Source: Candidatus Altiarchaeales archaeon
Lineage (GTDB): Archaea > Altiarchaeota > Altiarchaeia > IMC4 > SCGC-AAA252-I15
Length of the DNA stretch: 64,000 bases
Assembly: GCA_014727915.1 (NCBI GenBank)
Contig: WJMO01000006.1
Location: 65,376-129,375, forward strand
Direction: 5' to 3'
A program made the position numbers and the translations under genes. Numbering within the stretch: the stretch's first letter is position 1; each line of letters begins with the position of its first letter. Positions 28,140-38,840 of the stretch are shown here, piece by piece. The notes beneath the pieces were generated by a model, which worked only from the letters and a program-made list of their open reading frames with translations, did not search any database and was not told the origin of the DNA.

Positions 28140-28715
28140 TCACACGCCACCAGAGGCTCTCTTCAAACGTATGTCCAGGTCTATCAGCTGGTTCTGGTAT
28201 TCGGCCACTATCTTCTTGAAGTGGTCCTCTGTCAGGCCGCCGGCGTTGAACCGCTCCTCCGCCTTATGTATCAGCTCCTGTATGCGCTGCTTCTCCGACT
28301 CGATCCACTCCCTATCACCAGGCTGGGATTTGACTTTCTGCTGGGCTTTGGCGGCCGCCTCCTCTTCCTCGCGCCGTCGTATCACATGCTCGCGTTCAGC
28401 CAGTCGCTTCAGCTTCTCCGCCTTCACACGCGCCTCCCTTTCGGCCAGTTCCTTCTCCCGTCTTTTGAGACGCTGCTGTTCCGTCTCTTTCTCAGGGGGT
28501 GAAGGTGATGTCTCCTTTTTCACCGGGCGTTCGATCGGGCGTTCCTCGTCAACACCTTCCGGGCCGCCCATGACAGGCCCCTCCCTGCGCGAATAGACCT
28601 CGCTCAAAACCACATACACCAGCACCGAAAACGCGGTGCCGGCCATTATGACCAGCGCCCAGAGTAACTCATCCGCCATTTTTAACATTTCCCCTGCTCT
28701 CAGGCTATAATTCAT
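28140..28715 (-). CDS. single-TM protein with highly charged coiled-coil cytoplasmic domain
   Basis: TM LLWALVIMAGTAFSVLVYVVL, then E/R/K-rich region. Confidence 0.45.
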   Translation of the reverse strand: MNYSLRAGEMLKMADELLWALVIMAGTAFSVLVYVVLSEVYSRREGPVMGGPEGVDEERPIERPVKKETSPSPPEKETEQQRLKRREKELAEREARVKAEKLKRLAEREHVIRRREEEEAAAKAQQKVKSQPGDREWIESEKQRIQELIHKAEERFNAGGLTEDHFKKIVAEYQNQLIDLDIRLKRASGGV

Positions 28716-28751
28716 TTATAACCAGCATAATATATCTTACACTAAAGGAAG

Positions 28752-30320
28752 ATGCGGTTGGCTGCTTTGTTCTTGGTGTTGGCTGCTTCAGTGGCCAGCG
28801 CACAGGGATGCGACATAGGGTTGGGAGACGAGAGCGTCGGCGTTCACGCGACGGTCGAGACATGCTCCAACATAGGCACCTTCTCGGTCGGCGGATTGTA
28901 CATGGGCTCCTGGCAGAAGCTCACATACCACTACCCAAAACCCTGGAGGGGAACCTACGCCACATTCAACATAGACGGAGACCACTACTGCACGTCAGAC
29001 ATAGCGGTCGACTGCAACCCCGCGGACGACCACATAAACATATACCCCACGTTAGACGAGGATTCCATACTGGCGGAGTGGATGCTCCCCGGCGTGAAGG
29101 CAGAGCAGAGGATAAGCGTCCATGAGAACACGACAGTCATAAAATACTCGTTCACGAACGTCGACTCCGTCAACCACACTGTGGGCGTGAGACTTCACAT
29201 GGACACATTGCTCGGGCAGAACGACGGCGCCCCCATATACTTCCCCGGCGAAGGTCTCAAGACCTCTGAGGTGTCCTATGGAAAGGGTACGGGCTTCGAG
29301 TACTGGAAGGCCTACAACCAGCCAGACCAGCCGACCATCGTCGTCACCGGAGTGATAGACCCCAAGGATGGCATGAGCTACCCTGACCGGATCATTGTCG
29401 CAGACTGGAAGAGCAGCAAATCCACTGCATGGGAATACCAGCCGGCTTCAAAGCCGGTGACCGGCGACAGCGCAGTAATACTATACTATGACCTTGGAGT
29501 GGTAGAGGCTGGAGAGACCGCGGAGGCGATGTTCGGGTACGGAAGCGAGCCGCCGGTGCTCACGGAAGAGCAGGCTGAGGCAGGCGTCGGACTGGCTGAG
29601 ATAACCTTGGGCAACATAATGGGAGAATACTGCCCTGGAGACATGGCCTCGTTCAAAGTGGACGTGATAAGCGTGGGGTCATCGAGGGAGGTGATTGTCG
29701 GGTTGGTAGTCGAATCAGACGGGATAATATACTTCAACAACACCCGTAAGGCGAACCTGCCGGCAGACACAGTTAAGGTCATGGAATATACGTGGCCCAT
29801 ACCCGAGCTGAACAGCTCAAGATCATTCGACGTCAAGGCGGTATTATACGGTGAGGAGGGCGTATCGGACGTTAAGACACGGGAGGACGCCATCACCGTG
29901 GACGTTGTCAAATGCGGTTACAACCCCGTCGTCGAAGTCGGTAAGGGAGTGGCCGCGGGGACCCTGCTGGTCGCCCTGATAGTAGGGTTGGGCATGCTCA
30001 TAGCATTCCTAGCATACCTTTGGATGAACAGGGGCTCCGTGGAAGTGCATAAGACGGTCGACGGGGAGAACGTGACAGTGACCGTGGTTAACAACACGAT
30101 GAGGCCGATAGGCAATGTTGTGATAGAGGATGTGATATCGGGAGAGTCGGAGATAAAGGTCAAGACCCTGAATGTCCTGCGGAGCCAGAACAACCTCCGG
30201 TGGGAGGTCGGCAGGTTGAAGCCAAAGGAAAGCGCTAAGCTCGAGTACTGGGTGAAGGACGGGCGGGCCATAAACGATTCGACGGTCACATGGGACAAGG
30301 GCTCCAAGAGGCTGAGATAA
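28752..30320 (+). CDS. secreted cell-surface protein with C-terminal TM anchor
   Basis: Signal peptide MRLAALFLVLAASVASAQG; C-terminal TM GVAAGTLLVALIVGLGMLIAFLAYLW. Confidence 0.5.
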   Translation: MRLAALFLVLAASVASAQGCDIGLGDESVGVHATVETCSNIGTFSVGGLYMGSWQKLTYHYPKPWRGTYATFNIDGDHYCTSDIAVDCNPADDHINIYPTLDEDSILAEWMLPGVKAEQRISVHENTTVIKYSFTNVDSVNHTVGVRLHMDTLLGQNDGAPIYFPGEGLKTSEVSYGKGTGFEYWKAYNQPDQPTIVVTGVIDPKDGMSYPDRIIVADWKSSKSTAWEYQPASKPVTGDSAVILYYDLGVVEAGETAEAMFGYGSEPPVLTEEQAEAGVGLAEITLGNIMGEYCPGDMASFKVDVISVGSSREVIVGLVVESDGIIYFNNTRKANLPADTVKVMEYTWPIPELNSSRSFDVKAVLYGEEGVSDVKTREDAITVDVVKCGYNPVVEVGKGVAAGTLLVALIVGLGMLIAFLAYLWMNRGSVEVHKTVDGENVTVTVVNNTMRPIGNVVIEDVISGESEIKVKTLNVLRSQNNLRWEVGRLKPKESAKLEYWVKDGRAINDSTVTWDKGSKRLR

Positions 30321-30357
30321 TATTAATAAGTCTGAATTTCGCATAGGTATCGGTAAA

Positions 30358-31980
30358 ATGAGTGACGTGGACGAACTAGTGGAGAGGGTTGCAAGCGAGA
30401 GCGGGAAGCCAGTGGAAGAGATAAGAGCTAAGATGTCGGAGCGTAAGGAGAAAACCCACGGTCTTCTCTCGGACTACGGGGCAGCCTACGCTGTCGCCAA
30501 AGAGTATGGGATCGACCTGAGCGACGGGGAGACGAGCGTCACGCCATTGTCGAACCTGCAGCCCTCGAACTCCGTCAACATCGTAGGCAGGGCTAAGACC
30601 GTCTTCTCAGAGCGTGAGTTCACCCGAAAGGACGGGGGGAAAGGCAAGTTCGCGTCGGTGGTGCTGTTGGACAACACGGGAGAGTCCCGTGTAGTACTAT
30701 GGGACAAGAACACAGCCGTAGTCAAGAAGCTTAGGGTGGGGGACGTGTTACTGCTCAAGAACGGCTATGTCAAGGAGAACAGGGGCCAGATTGAGGTCCA
30801 CGCGGGGGCTTTGAGCAACCTGGCCATAAACCCGTCGAACGTCACGGTCGAGTTGCCCGAGATAGAGGAGAGGATAGACAGCATCAGCGCTTTGGAGCCG
30901 GGGCTGCCTTCTGTGAATGTCATATGCAGGGTCAACAGCTACTATCCCAAGACCGAGTTCGAGCGTAGCGACGGGAGCAAGGGATCTCGGGCTTCGTTCA
31001 TCGCCGAGGACGAGACCGGCACCATCAGGGCCGTATTATGGGATCCCCTGTCGGATGCGGAGCTAAAGGAAGGGGACATCGTAAAGTTGGAGAACGCCTA
31101 CACCAGGGAGGGTTTGAACGGTGAGGTCGAGCTCCAGGGCGGGAGCAGGAGCAGGATAGGCAAGTCGGACGTTAAGCTGAAGCTGAAGCCGTTGGACAAG
31201 AAGAAGGCCGGGACGGTCAAGGTCGAAGACGTGAAGCCGGAGATGAGGGGTTTCACTTTGGAGGCGAGGGTGCTACGGGTCTACGAGCCCCGGGAATACT
31301 CCAAGGGCATGATGGCCTCGCTGATAGTCGGAGACGGCACCGGCAGCATAAGGACGGTATTGTGGAATGAGAAGTCGTCGGTCGCTAACGAACTGAAGGA
31401 GGGGGACTGCATCAGGATAAAGAACGCCTACAGCAGGAGCAACATGAACGACGAGGCCGAAGTCCACGTGGGCAAGTACACGGAGGTGACGGTGGACTCG
31501 GGCATAAAGGTCCCCACCGTGGGCGAGATAAACGACAAGCTGACAGAGGAGAAGAAGATAGCGGACCTGGACAGCGGCGACAGGTTTGTGAAGATCAAGG
31601 GTAAGATAGTTGACGTGGAGGACCGGGCCCTCGTGTACATGACCTGCTCGGAGTGCAACAAGAAGGTGCAGAACCTCGGGGGAGAGTGGATGTGCGAGGA
31701 GTGCGGCGTGGTCGACGGCAAGCCCAACATGATAGCCTCCGTGGTCGTCGAGGACGACAGCGGGAACATAAGGGCCGTCGCCTTCAGGGACAAGGCTGAG
31801 AAGATGCTCGGATTCGACCTGGAGGAGGCGATGAACATCATCGGGGAGACCCAGGACGAGCAGGCCCCGTTAGCCCACGCCCGGGAGAAGGTTGTTGGCG
31901 GCAGCATCACCTTGACGGGTAGGGTGAACTACAACGACTACAGCGAGCAGTTGGAGCTGGTAGTGGACGAGATAAGCTAA
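30358..31980 (+). CDS. rpa: replication protein A (ssDNA-binding, 4 OB folds + C-terminal zinc ribbon)
   Basis: Four repeated OB-fold units (e.g. VNIVGRAKTVFSEREFTRKDGGKGKFASVVLLDNTGESRVVLWDKN) and CSECNKKVQNLGGEWMCEECG. Confidence 0.8.
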   Translation: MSDVDELVERVASESGKPVEEIRAKMSERKEKTHGLLSDYGAAYAVAKEYGIDLSDGETSVTPLSNLQPSNSVNIVGRAKTVFSEREFTRKDGGKGKFASVVLLDNTGESRVVLWDKNTAVVKKLRVGDVLLLKNGYVKENRGQIEVHAGALSNLAINPSNVTVELPEIEERIDSISALEPGLPSVNVICRVNSYYPKTEFERSDGSKGSRASFIAEDETGTIRAVLWDPLSDAELKEGDIVKLENAYTREGLNGEVELQGGSRSRIGKSDVKLKLKPLDKKKAGTVKVEDVKPEMRGFTLEARVLRVYEPREYSKGMMASLIVGDGTGSIRTVLWNEKSSVANELKEGDCIRIKNAYSRSNMNDEAEVHVGKYTEVTVDSGIKVPTVGEINDKLTEEKKIADLDSGDRFVKIKGKIVDVEDRALVYMTCSECNKKVQNLGGEWMCEECGVVDGKPNMIASVVVEDDSGNIRAVAFRDKAEKMLGFDLEEAMNIIGETQDEQAPLAHAREKVVGGSITLTGRVNYNDYSEQLELVVDEIS

Positions 31981-31981
31981 A

Positions 31982-32578
31982 GTGGACCATGTCGCGCTGG
32001 CTCTTGCGACTGTCTCGCTGGTTGTCACCCGCTACATATTCCCGGGGCGCATAGGGTACGCGATATTATGTCTCCTGTTCATGGTCGGCCTGCCACTGGC
32101 GCTCATCAGATACAGGAAAGAGAGGCTAGGAGGCTATCTGATAGGCTTGGGGGATTTGAAGGGCGGTTTGGGGGTTTCGCTGTTGTTGATCGCGTTGTCG
32201 TTCCCGTTCATGTACTACGCGACCACCATGGCCTCGTTCCAGGATTATTATCCCCTGTGGAAGCCCGCGGGCGACAGCGTGGGCAACTTCCTGTTGTTCG
32301 AGTCCTATGTGCTGGTGCTGATGTTCTGCACCGAGTTCTTCTACCGGGGCTTCCTATTGAACACGTTATTGAAGGAGTCCAGGCACGGCAATGGGATACA
32401 CGCATTAGTCTACATGATAGCCCACCTAGGAAAGCCTCCATTGGAAGTATTGTACTCGCTGCCTGCGGGGTGGATATTCGCCAAAGTCGACATGAAGTAC
32501 AAAAGCATCCTGCCCAGCCTCCTCATGCACTATGTCAGCAGCGTGATATTCGACCTGCTGGTGATATACCACGCATGA
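31982..32578 (+). CDS. CPBP (CAAX/Abi) family intramembrane metalloprotease
   Basis: TEFFYRGFL (EExxxR), HLG and HYVSS motifs on TM helices; GTG start assumed. Confidence 0.55.
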   Translation: MDHVALALATVSLVVTRYIFPGRIGYAILCLLFMVGLPLALIRYRKERLGGYLIGLGDLKGGLGVSLLLIALSFPFMYYATTMASFQDYYPLWKPAGDSVGNFLLFESYVLVLMFCTEFFYRGFLLNTLLKESRHGNGIHALVYMIAHLGKPPLEVLYSLPAGWIFAKVDMKYKSILPSLLMHYVSSVIFDLLVIYHA

Positions 32579-32580
32579 AT

Positions 32581-32814
32581 TCAGATCCCCATCTGTTCCA
32601 GTTTGCCCATCTTCCGGTTGAGCCAGCGGACCGCTGAGCTTGCCATTATCTCCCAGAATATGTTTACTCCCTCTTCTTTGCTCCTGGTTCTCAGCTTCCG
32701 TAGGTGGTAGCTGACGGCGGACTCGGTTATGCCTAGTTCTTTTCCTATCTCCTTCTGGCTCCAACCAAGCGCCCGCAGCTGCATGATCTTTGCCAAGTGT
32801 TCGCTCTCATTCAT
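32581..32814 (-). CDS. small HTH transcriptional regulator (LuxR/sigma-70 region-4-like)
   Basis: ALGWSQKEIGKELGITESAVSYHLRKL helix-turn-helix. Confidence 0.5.
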   Translation of the reverse strand: MNESEHLAKIMQLRALGWSQKEIGKELGITESAVSYHLRKLRTRSKEEGVNIFWEIMASSAVRWLNRKMGKLEQMGI

Positions 32815-33131
32815 AGAAGATCACCCAAGTACTTATTTGAGTTTCATTTAAAAAACTGTTGAAAGACAAGCTTTCACTTGACTATCTCCAAGTAGCCTAT
32901 GCCGGACTGGAGCACGGAACCCTGGTCCAAAAGCTCGGAAACAGCGTCTTGGACCTCAGACGTGGAGAAGCCCTGCCAGCAGAGCTGCTCCTCGAGGAAG
33001 CTCACCCTGACACGACGGTAGTCGTTCAACAGGTCATAGACGAGATTCTTGCACACGTTCAACCACCAAGGACAACTATGGGACGGACTAGAATAAAAAC
33101 CTATCGCTTACCATATGTTCAGTATGGAATG

Positions 33132-33959
33132 TCACCCCATCAGGAGGAGTGTGGCGTTCCTCAGACCCGGGCCGGCGCCCAACACTACCACGACGAACTT
33201 GACGAACCGCCGGGTGAACTCGTCGTCCCTGACCTCGTCGTCAATGACATGCAACGCCAGCAGGACCAGGATTATCTTCAGGGGGTACATCACCGCGGCC
33301 GTCCCGGTCAACTCGATGAAGAACGTGGGGACCACATGCTTCTCGACGTGGCCGAGGAGGTCTATGCCAACGAACGTTGTTGACGCGTCGAACAGGTGCA
33401 CCAATGCGATGTAGAAGTTGCCCTCTAAACCCAGATAGTCCAGGCGCAGGAGGAGCTTCAGCGCGTAGAGAAACGCGGCTGATATGGTGAAGAACACCAG
33501 CACATTCAAGAACGCGGGCAAGTTGCTGATGTTCGGGACTATCAAGGTGAGGTTGTACAATACCATCAGCGAACCCACCCCACCGACGAAGAGCCTGTAG
33601 TCCCAGCCAAACCTTTTCTGCAACACCAGCCCTACTAGTAATATTGCTAGTGTCACCGCGAACATGGTGAAGAAAATACCGGGGGAGACCAGCATGTAGT
33701 TTGCCGGATACTCAGTGTGGCCCGCATAGAGTCCAAGGTCCTGATCCACTAGCTCCCTCAACGTGCTGCCGTAGACTACGTAAGGGACGAGCATCAGCAG
33801 GAACCTCAAATCGAACTTCTTGACCCTCGGCTTAAGGAAGGGTATGACGAACTTGAACACCAACAACCCCAACACAACACCGTAGGTGAGGGTGTTCACG
33901 ATATTGTAACCTGGACTCAGGAAATACTCCATCACAAAATCATGCAAAACCCCGAACAT
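33132..33959 (-). CDS. polytopic membrane protein (hypothetical)
   Basis: 275 aa, ~7 TM segments. Confidence 0.5.
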   Translation of the reverse strand: MFGVLHDFVMEYFLSPGYNIVNTLTYGVVLGLLVFKFVIPFLKPRVKKFDLRFLLMLVPYVVYGSTLRELVDQDLGLYAGHTEYPANYMLVSPGIFFTMFAVTLAILLVGLVLQKRFGWDYRLFVGGVGSLMVLYNLTLIVPNISNLPAFLNVLVFFTISAAFLYALKLLLRLDYLGLEGNFYIALVHLFDASTTFVGIDLLGHVEKHVVPTFFIELTGTAAVMYPLKIILVLLALHVIDDEVRDDEFTRRFVKFVVVVLGAGPGLRNATLLLMG

Positions 33960-34102
33960 AGAATAAACCTAAGGAACCACGGTTTTTAACCGTGGGAGGA
34001 TGGATACCGCGGGATAAGAGGGATTATGGACAACCCCACCCCCAGACGGGAACATAGTTTTAAAGGGTTAAGTTTAATGGGATTCTGAGTAGGTGGTTCA
34101 AA

Positions 34103-36001
34103 TTGCGTGGCTTGGCTAAGAACGTTTCGGTCTGGGCTCTGCTGACTTTGGCTCTTCTTTTTTTTACACTGCCAGTCAGCGTCAGCGACGAAGGAGGGGG
34201 CGAACCCCCCTACGGAGGAACGACAACGTCGACAGTGCCCAGCTGTGACGCAGACGTCACCGCATACGTCGACAGCGAATACAACGACTGGCTGGAATCC
34301 AATCATCCAGCAGCCGAGAAAGAACCGTTGGACCTGTGCGATTACATACTCTGCAAAGCCAACGTCACAATAGACGAAGGAACGCTGGAAGGTCTGACTG
34401 GCTCCTTCACAATATACGTGGGCCAGGACACCAGCTACACCACAACAGCCACCTGCACCCTAAGCCAAGACAACAAAGAAGCACAGTGCAAAGCAGACCA
34501 GACCAACGCCGTATGGCTGCAACAGCAACAGCTGAACATGTCAATAATAGCGCCCATGGGATGCGAATTCACAGGCAACACCAGCAGCTGCCCCAACATA
34601 TGGGGCAACATAGCATACCAGACACCACAAGCCTGCGAGGGAAGCACTGATGACATAACCCAGAAAATATGCTTTAACGAGACTGGAAACAAGTACATCG
34701 TGAAGGATGAAGAGTTCATCGAGGTCTGCGAACCCTATGATCCCATCTACACGTTCATCTGCAACCACCTGTTCAACGGCGAAGAAAACTACCACATAAG
34801 ATATGAAGTACGGGTAGACGATGAATTCGACAATGCAGTGGAAGAAATATTCGACAACCTGGACTGCTCAAACAACGGGGATAACTATGGAATCACGGCC
34901 TCAGACATTATAGACGGGAAAAAGGGTGTGTGCAGGCATTTCGTCGGAACCATAATAAGCCTGATGGAAACCATTGGTGGAGGGGACAGGGTAGCAGGAT
35001 ACAGTTACATAACAGATGTTACAGGTGACGTAGAAGATCCATGGGGTTATAGACATGCTGTCATGTCTTATAAAAAGGATCCTGGAACAACAGATGACTG
35101 GATAATATACGATCCAACAGCGGGAATAAGCGGGGATTCAGACACAGATGATTGGATTAAAGAAGGAGACCAGGATAATCAATGCTGCTATAGAGGATGC
35201 GATGTTGACACTCCACTTGAGTCCTGCCATGACACAGACCACTTCTGCCCCCTGACAGACAATAGCGAGTGTTGGGAGAGGGTGCCTGTTGGAGCATGTT
35301 TCAAACAGTCTGACTTTCTTAAACAAGGAATCTCAGGATTCTGCGATAGCAACGGGGATATCCAATACGACTGCCGTGGTCCAGACGGGCAAGCAGGTGG
35401 AGGAGACGACTGCGATTGTCCGACTGGGCAGACCTGCTCTGCGACAACAGGAAAATGCAGTTGCTCCCCAGAGAAAAGTTGCATTCAGAGCGGGTCTGTC
35501 GGAGGTTATCCGATCTTATGCGACGACGATGATGAAGTCCAGAAAGAATGTGAAGTGGACGGAACCGACTGCTGCATTGGAAGTAATACCTACTGCGGAC
35601 AGGACGAGAAATGCTACTGCACCCCAAACAAATGCGTTATACCAGGTATTTTTATAGGTGAGCTGCCACCGATCGAATCAGAGATGTGCAATCAGGACGG
35701 GGATGACACAGTCGTAAGTTGCATGGGCCCAGACGACACGGCAGGAACAGAGGATGACTGCTGCATGGGATTAGGCACCTATTGCCCGGGAAGCAGCGGA
35801 GTATGCAAATGCACACCCAACACATGCCTCAGCTTAGGACATGGATTACTCCCTGGTAAGATGTGCAGCAGTGACGGCACACACGGAGTTGAAGACTGCA
35901 AAGGCCCAGACGGACAGTCAGGGACCGCAGACGACTGCTGCAATGACCAGTTCGGCAATCAGAAATGCAGCAGTGACGGGAAATACTGTGAGCCAGAATA
36001 G
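34103..36001 (+). CDS. secreted transglutaminase-like cysteine protease-fold protein with C-terminal Cys-rich repeats (CxC...PDGxxGxxDDC x4)
   Basis: Signal peptide (TTG start); Cys-His-Asp triad context GVCRHFVGTIISLM ... GYRHAVMSY ... WIIYDPTAG; four tandem repeats ending CxCTPNxC. Confidence 0.5.
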   Translation: MRGLAKNVSVWALLTLALLFFTLPVSVSDEGGGEPPYGGTTTSTVPSCDADVTAYVDSEYNDWLESNHPAAEKEPLDLCDYILCKANVTIDEGTLEGLTGSFTIYVGQDTSYTTTATCTLSQDNKEAQCKADQTNAVWLQQQQLNMSIIAPMGCEFTGNTSSCPNIWGNIAYQTPQACEGSTDDITQKICFNETGNKYIVKDEEFIEVCEPYDPIYTFICNHLFNGEENYHIRYEVRVDDEFDNAVEEIFDNLDCSNNGDNYGITASDIIDGKKGVCRHFVGTIISLMETIGGGDRVAGYSYITDVTGDVEDPWGYRHAVMSYKKDPGTTDDWIIYDPTAGISGDSDTDDWIKEGDQDNQCCYRGCDVDTPLESCHDTDHFCPLTDNSECWERVPVGACFKQSDFLKQGISGFCDSNGDIQYDCRGPDGQAGGGDDCDCPTGQTCSATTGKCSCSPEKSCIQSGSVGGYPILCDDDDEVQKECEVDGTDCCIGSNTYCGQDEKCYCTPNKCVIPGIFIGELPPIESEMCNQDGDDTVVSCMGPDDTAGTEDDCCMGLGTYCPGSSGVCKCTPNTCLSLGHGLLPGKMCSSDGTHGVEDCKGPDGQSGTADDCCNDQFGNQKCSSDGKYCEPE

Positions 36002-36040
36002 GCAGGCACACATCCTCCCAATCTTTTTATTTTTAAATGT

Positions 36041-36060
36041 TGGGTGAGTATATGTAAGAG
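36041..36060 (+). promoter_or_regulatory. candidate BRE/TATA promoter of the r-protein operon
   Basis: TTTTTATTTTTAAATG ~70 bp upstream of rpl3 ATG. Confidence 0.3.
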
Positions 36061-36123
36061 CAGTTTTTCTATGCTGCTATGCTTTTCCCCGCGGCTATGC
36101 TGTGGTTTTTTTGTTGGAAGGCC

Positions 36124-37120
36124 TATGGCGAAGATACATAAGCCCCGTGCGGGCTCCAGGGCGTATCGTCCGTTGAAGCGGGCGAAGTCTGAGAAGCCGA
36201 GAATACACTCTTGGCCTGCTGGTAAAGGAGATTCTAAAGTCTTGGGTTTCACTGGTTACAAGGCTGGCATGACCCACTGCATAGCGGTCGATGAGAGCAA
36301 GGACAGCCCCACGTCAGGTAGCGAAGTGTTCGTGCCTGTCACAATCCTCGAGACTCCCCCTATGAAGGTGGTGGGCGTTAGGGTTTACAGGAAAGCCTAC
36401 GGCGGGGAGCAGACGTTCACGGACATATGGTGTGAGACACCCGACGAGAGCGTCAAGAGGCGCGCTAGCACACCCAAGAAGAAGGGCAACCCAGACAAGA
36501 AGATCGCCGAAGCAGAGAAGAAATCAGGGGAAATAAGCGATGTAAGGCTTGTGGCGCACACTCAACCGATACTGACTCACAGTCCCAAGAAGACACCGGA
36601 CATAATGGAACTGGCACTTTCAGGGGATGTTCCTGAGAAGCTGGCCTACGCGAAGGAGGTGCTGGGCAGGGAGATCACCATAAACGACGCCTTCAGCGAG
36701 TCCGAGTTCGTGGACGTCACCTCGGTGACGAAGGGCAAGGGCTTCCAGGGGGTTGTCAAGAGGTATGGCGTTAAGAGGCAGCCTAGGAAGGCCAGCGGCA
36801 AGAGGAGGCACCTGGGTACCGGCGGCTCCTGGACTCCGACCAAGAAGCTCTGGGTCGAGCCGCAGCCGGGTCAGATGGGCTACCACACCCGCACAGAGCA
36901 TAACAAGCTCATACTGAAGATCGGCGAAGACGGGGGTGAGGTGAGCCCTGCAGGCGGTTTCCTCAGGTATGGACCGGTCAAATCCAGCTATGTTATGGTG
37001 TACGGGAGCGTGCCCGGGCCTAGCAAGAGGGTTGTTAGGCTGACACAGCCAAGGAGATCCCACAAGGAGGTCTCACTAACGCTTAAGAGCGTGGATTTAA
37101 GTTCAAAGCAGGGAGCATAG
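36124..37120 (+). CDS. rpl3: 50S ribosomal protein L3
   Basis: Sequence recognisable; start at ATG 36124 (ORF-track extension upstream is spurious). Confidence 0.9.
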
Positions 37121-37121
37121 G

Positions 37122-37862
37122 ATGGTTAACGTATACTTGTTGGATGGGAAGGTGAAGGGCAAGGTGGATCTGCCCAAGGTGTTCCAGGCACCCCACAGGC
37201 CGGACCTCATCCAGAAGGCCGTGGTGGCCGAGCAAGCCAACGTCCGCCAACCCTACGGTGTTTCGTCCCTGGCTGGTCTGAAGACCAGCGCAGACTACTT
37301 CGGAAGCAGGAGGCGCACCTACAGGCAGACCATCAACAGAGGCATGACAAGGCTCCCAAGGGTGAAATCGGGCGGGGGAGGCCTGGGACAGGTCAGGAGA
37401 GTGCCCCAGTCAACCGGCGGCAGGAGAGCCCACCCACCCAGGGGCAGGGACTACACCCGGAAGCTCAACAGGAAAGAGTACATGATAGCATTGCATTCGG
37501 CCATCGCTTCGACGGCGAGTAGGAAGCTGGTGGAGGGCCGCGGCCACACTGCAGACGTCAAAGAAGTGCCAATAGTCGTCGAGGACAAGATCGAGGGTTT
37601 GAAGCATACAAAGGACGTTCTGAAGATGTTCAAAAGCCTCGGTTTGGACGGGGAGCTAGCCTCCAAGAAGAAGAGGAAGATGCTCATAGTCGTCGGAGAG
37701 GACAAGGGCATATTCAACGCAGCCAGCAACATAGAGGGAGTGGATGTGGCGACCGTGAACGACTTGGACGTTGAGTTGCTGGCGCCCGGCACCCAAGCAG
37801 GCAGGCTGACGGTGTGGAGCGAAGCCGCAGTCAAGAGGATAGGTGAAGATGGAACCGCATGA
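37122..37862 (+). CDS. rpl4: 50S ribosomal protein L4
   Basis: Recognisable L4/L1e family sequence, operon position. Confidence 0.9.
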   Translation: MVNVYLLDGKVKGKVDLPKVFQAPHRPDLIQKAVVAEQANVRQPYGVSSLAGLKTSADYFGSRRRTYRQTINRGMTRLPRVKSGGGGLGQVRRVPQSTGGRRAHPPRGRDYTRKLNRKEYMIALHSAIASTASRKLVEGRGHTADVKEVPIVVEDKIEGLKHTKDVLKMFKSLGLDGELASKKKRKMLIVVGEDKGIFNAASNIEGVDVATVNDLDVELLAPGTQAGRLTVWSEAAVKRIGEDGTA

Positions 37863-38109
37863 GATACTACTTTACCCGCTGATGGGGGAGAAGGCCACAA
37901 CCCTCAGGGAGAGGGAGAACATGCTCACATTCATAGTCAGCAAAGAATCCACCAAGAAGGAGATTAGAGAGGCTGTGGAGAAGATGCTGAAGGTGAGGGT
38001 ATCAAGCGTTAACGTCATGCACACCGTTGAAGGCAAGAAGAAAGCCCACATACGGTTGGACAAGAAGCACAGCGCCGACGAGATAGCCTCGCAGATGGGG
38101 GTACTATAA
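37843..38109 (+). CDS. rpl23: 50S ribosomal protein L23
   Basis: Sequence and operon position. Confidence 0.85.
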   Translation: MKMEPHEILLYPLMGEKATTLRERENMLTFIVSKESTKKEIREAVEKMLKVRVSSVNVMHTVEGKKKAHIRLDKKHSADEIASQMGVL

Positions 38110-38837
38110 TGGGCAAGCGGCATATCACGCAGAGGAGGGGTCGAGGGAACCCGCGGTATAGGTCTCCATCACACCGGTACAAGGGGTCCGTAAAGTATCC
38201 GAGGATAGACTACAAGGGCAGGATATCAGGGCAGGTCATCGAGTTCGACCACGACCCTGGCAGGACCGCGCCGGTCGCCAAGGTATTGTTGGAAGACTTC
38301 ACGACAGTCCAGTTGATAGCTCCGGAGACGGTGACGGTAGGCCAGACCATAGAGTTTGGGTCCGGGGCGAGTGTCAGCAACGGTAACGTGCTGCCCTTGA
38401 AGAACATAAGCCCGGGAACGGGAGTGTTCAACCTGGAGGTGAAGCCGGGTGACGGAGGCAAGATCGTCAGGTCATCAGGGTCATTCGCGCTCATAGTATC
38501 GCATGACAAGTCAACTGGGCTCACACAGGTTAAGCTGCCTAGCAAGAAGACCAAGTTCATAAACAGCGACTCCTTGGCCACGGTAGGGCGTGTGGGGGGC
38601 GGAGGCCGCAAGGACAAGCCAATGCTCCACGCAGGGCAGATGTACTACCGTAAGAAGGCAAAGGGCAAGCTATGGCCGGTGGTCTGCGGGCGGGCGATGA
38701 ACGCGGTGGACCACAAGCACGGCGGAGGAAGGCACCCGCACGTCGGAAGGCCGACGACAGTTTCCAGGAACGCCCCGCCAGGCCGGAAGGTCGGCCACAT
38801 AGCGGCTAAGAGGACAGGAAAGAAGAAAAGAGGTTAA
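38109..38837 (+). CDS. rpl2: 50S ribosomal protein L2
   Basis: MGKRHITQRRGRGNPRYRSPSHRYKG..., GRNAPPGRK. Confidence 0.95.
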   Translation: MGKRHITQRRGRGNPRYRSPSHRYKGSVKYPRIDYKGRISGQVIEFDHDPGRTAPVAKVLLEDFTTVQLIAPETVTVGQTIEFGSGASVSNGNVLPLKNISPGTGVFNLEVKPGDGGKIVRSSGSFALIVSHDKSTGLTQVKLPSKKTKFINSDSLATVGRVGGGGRKDKPMLHAGQMYYRKKAKGKLWPVVCGRAMNAVDHKHGGGRHPHVGRPTTVSRNAPPGRKVGHIAAKRTGKKKRG

Positions 38838-38840
38838 ACC

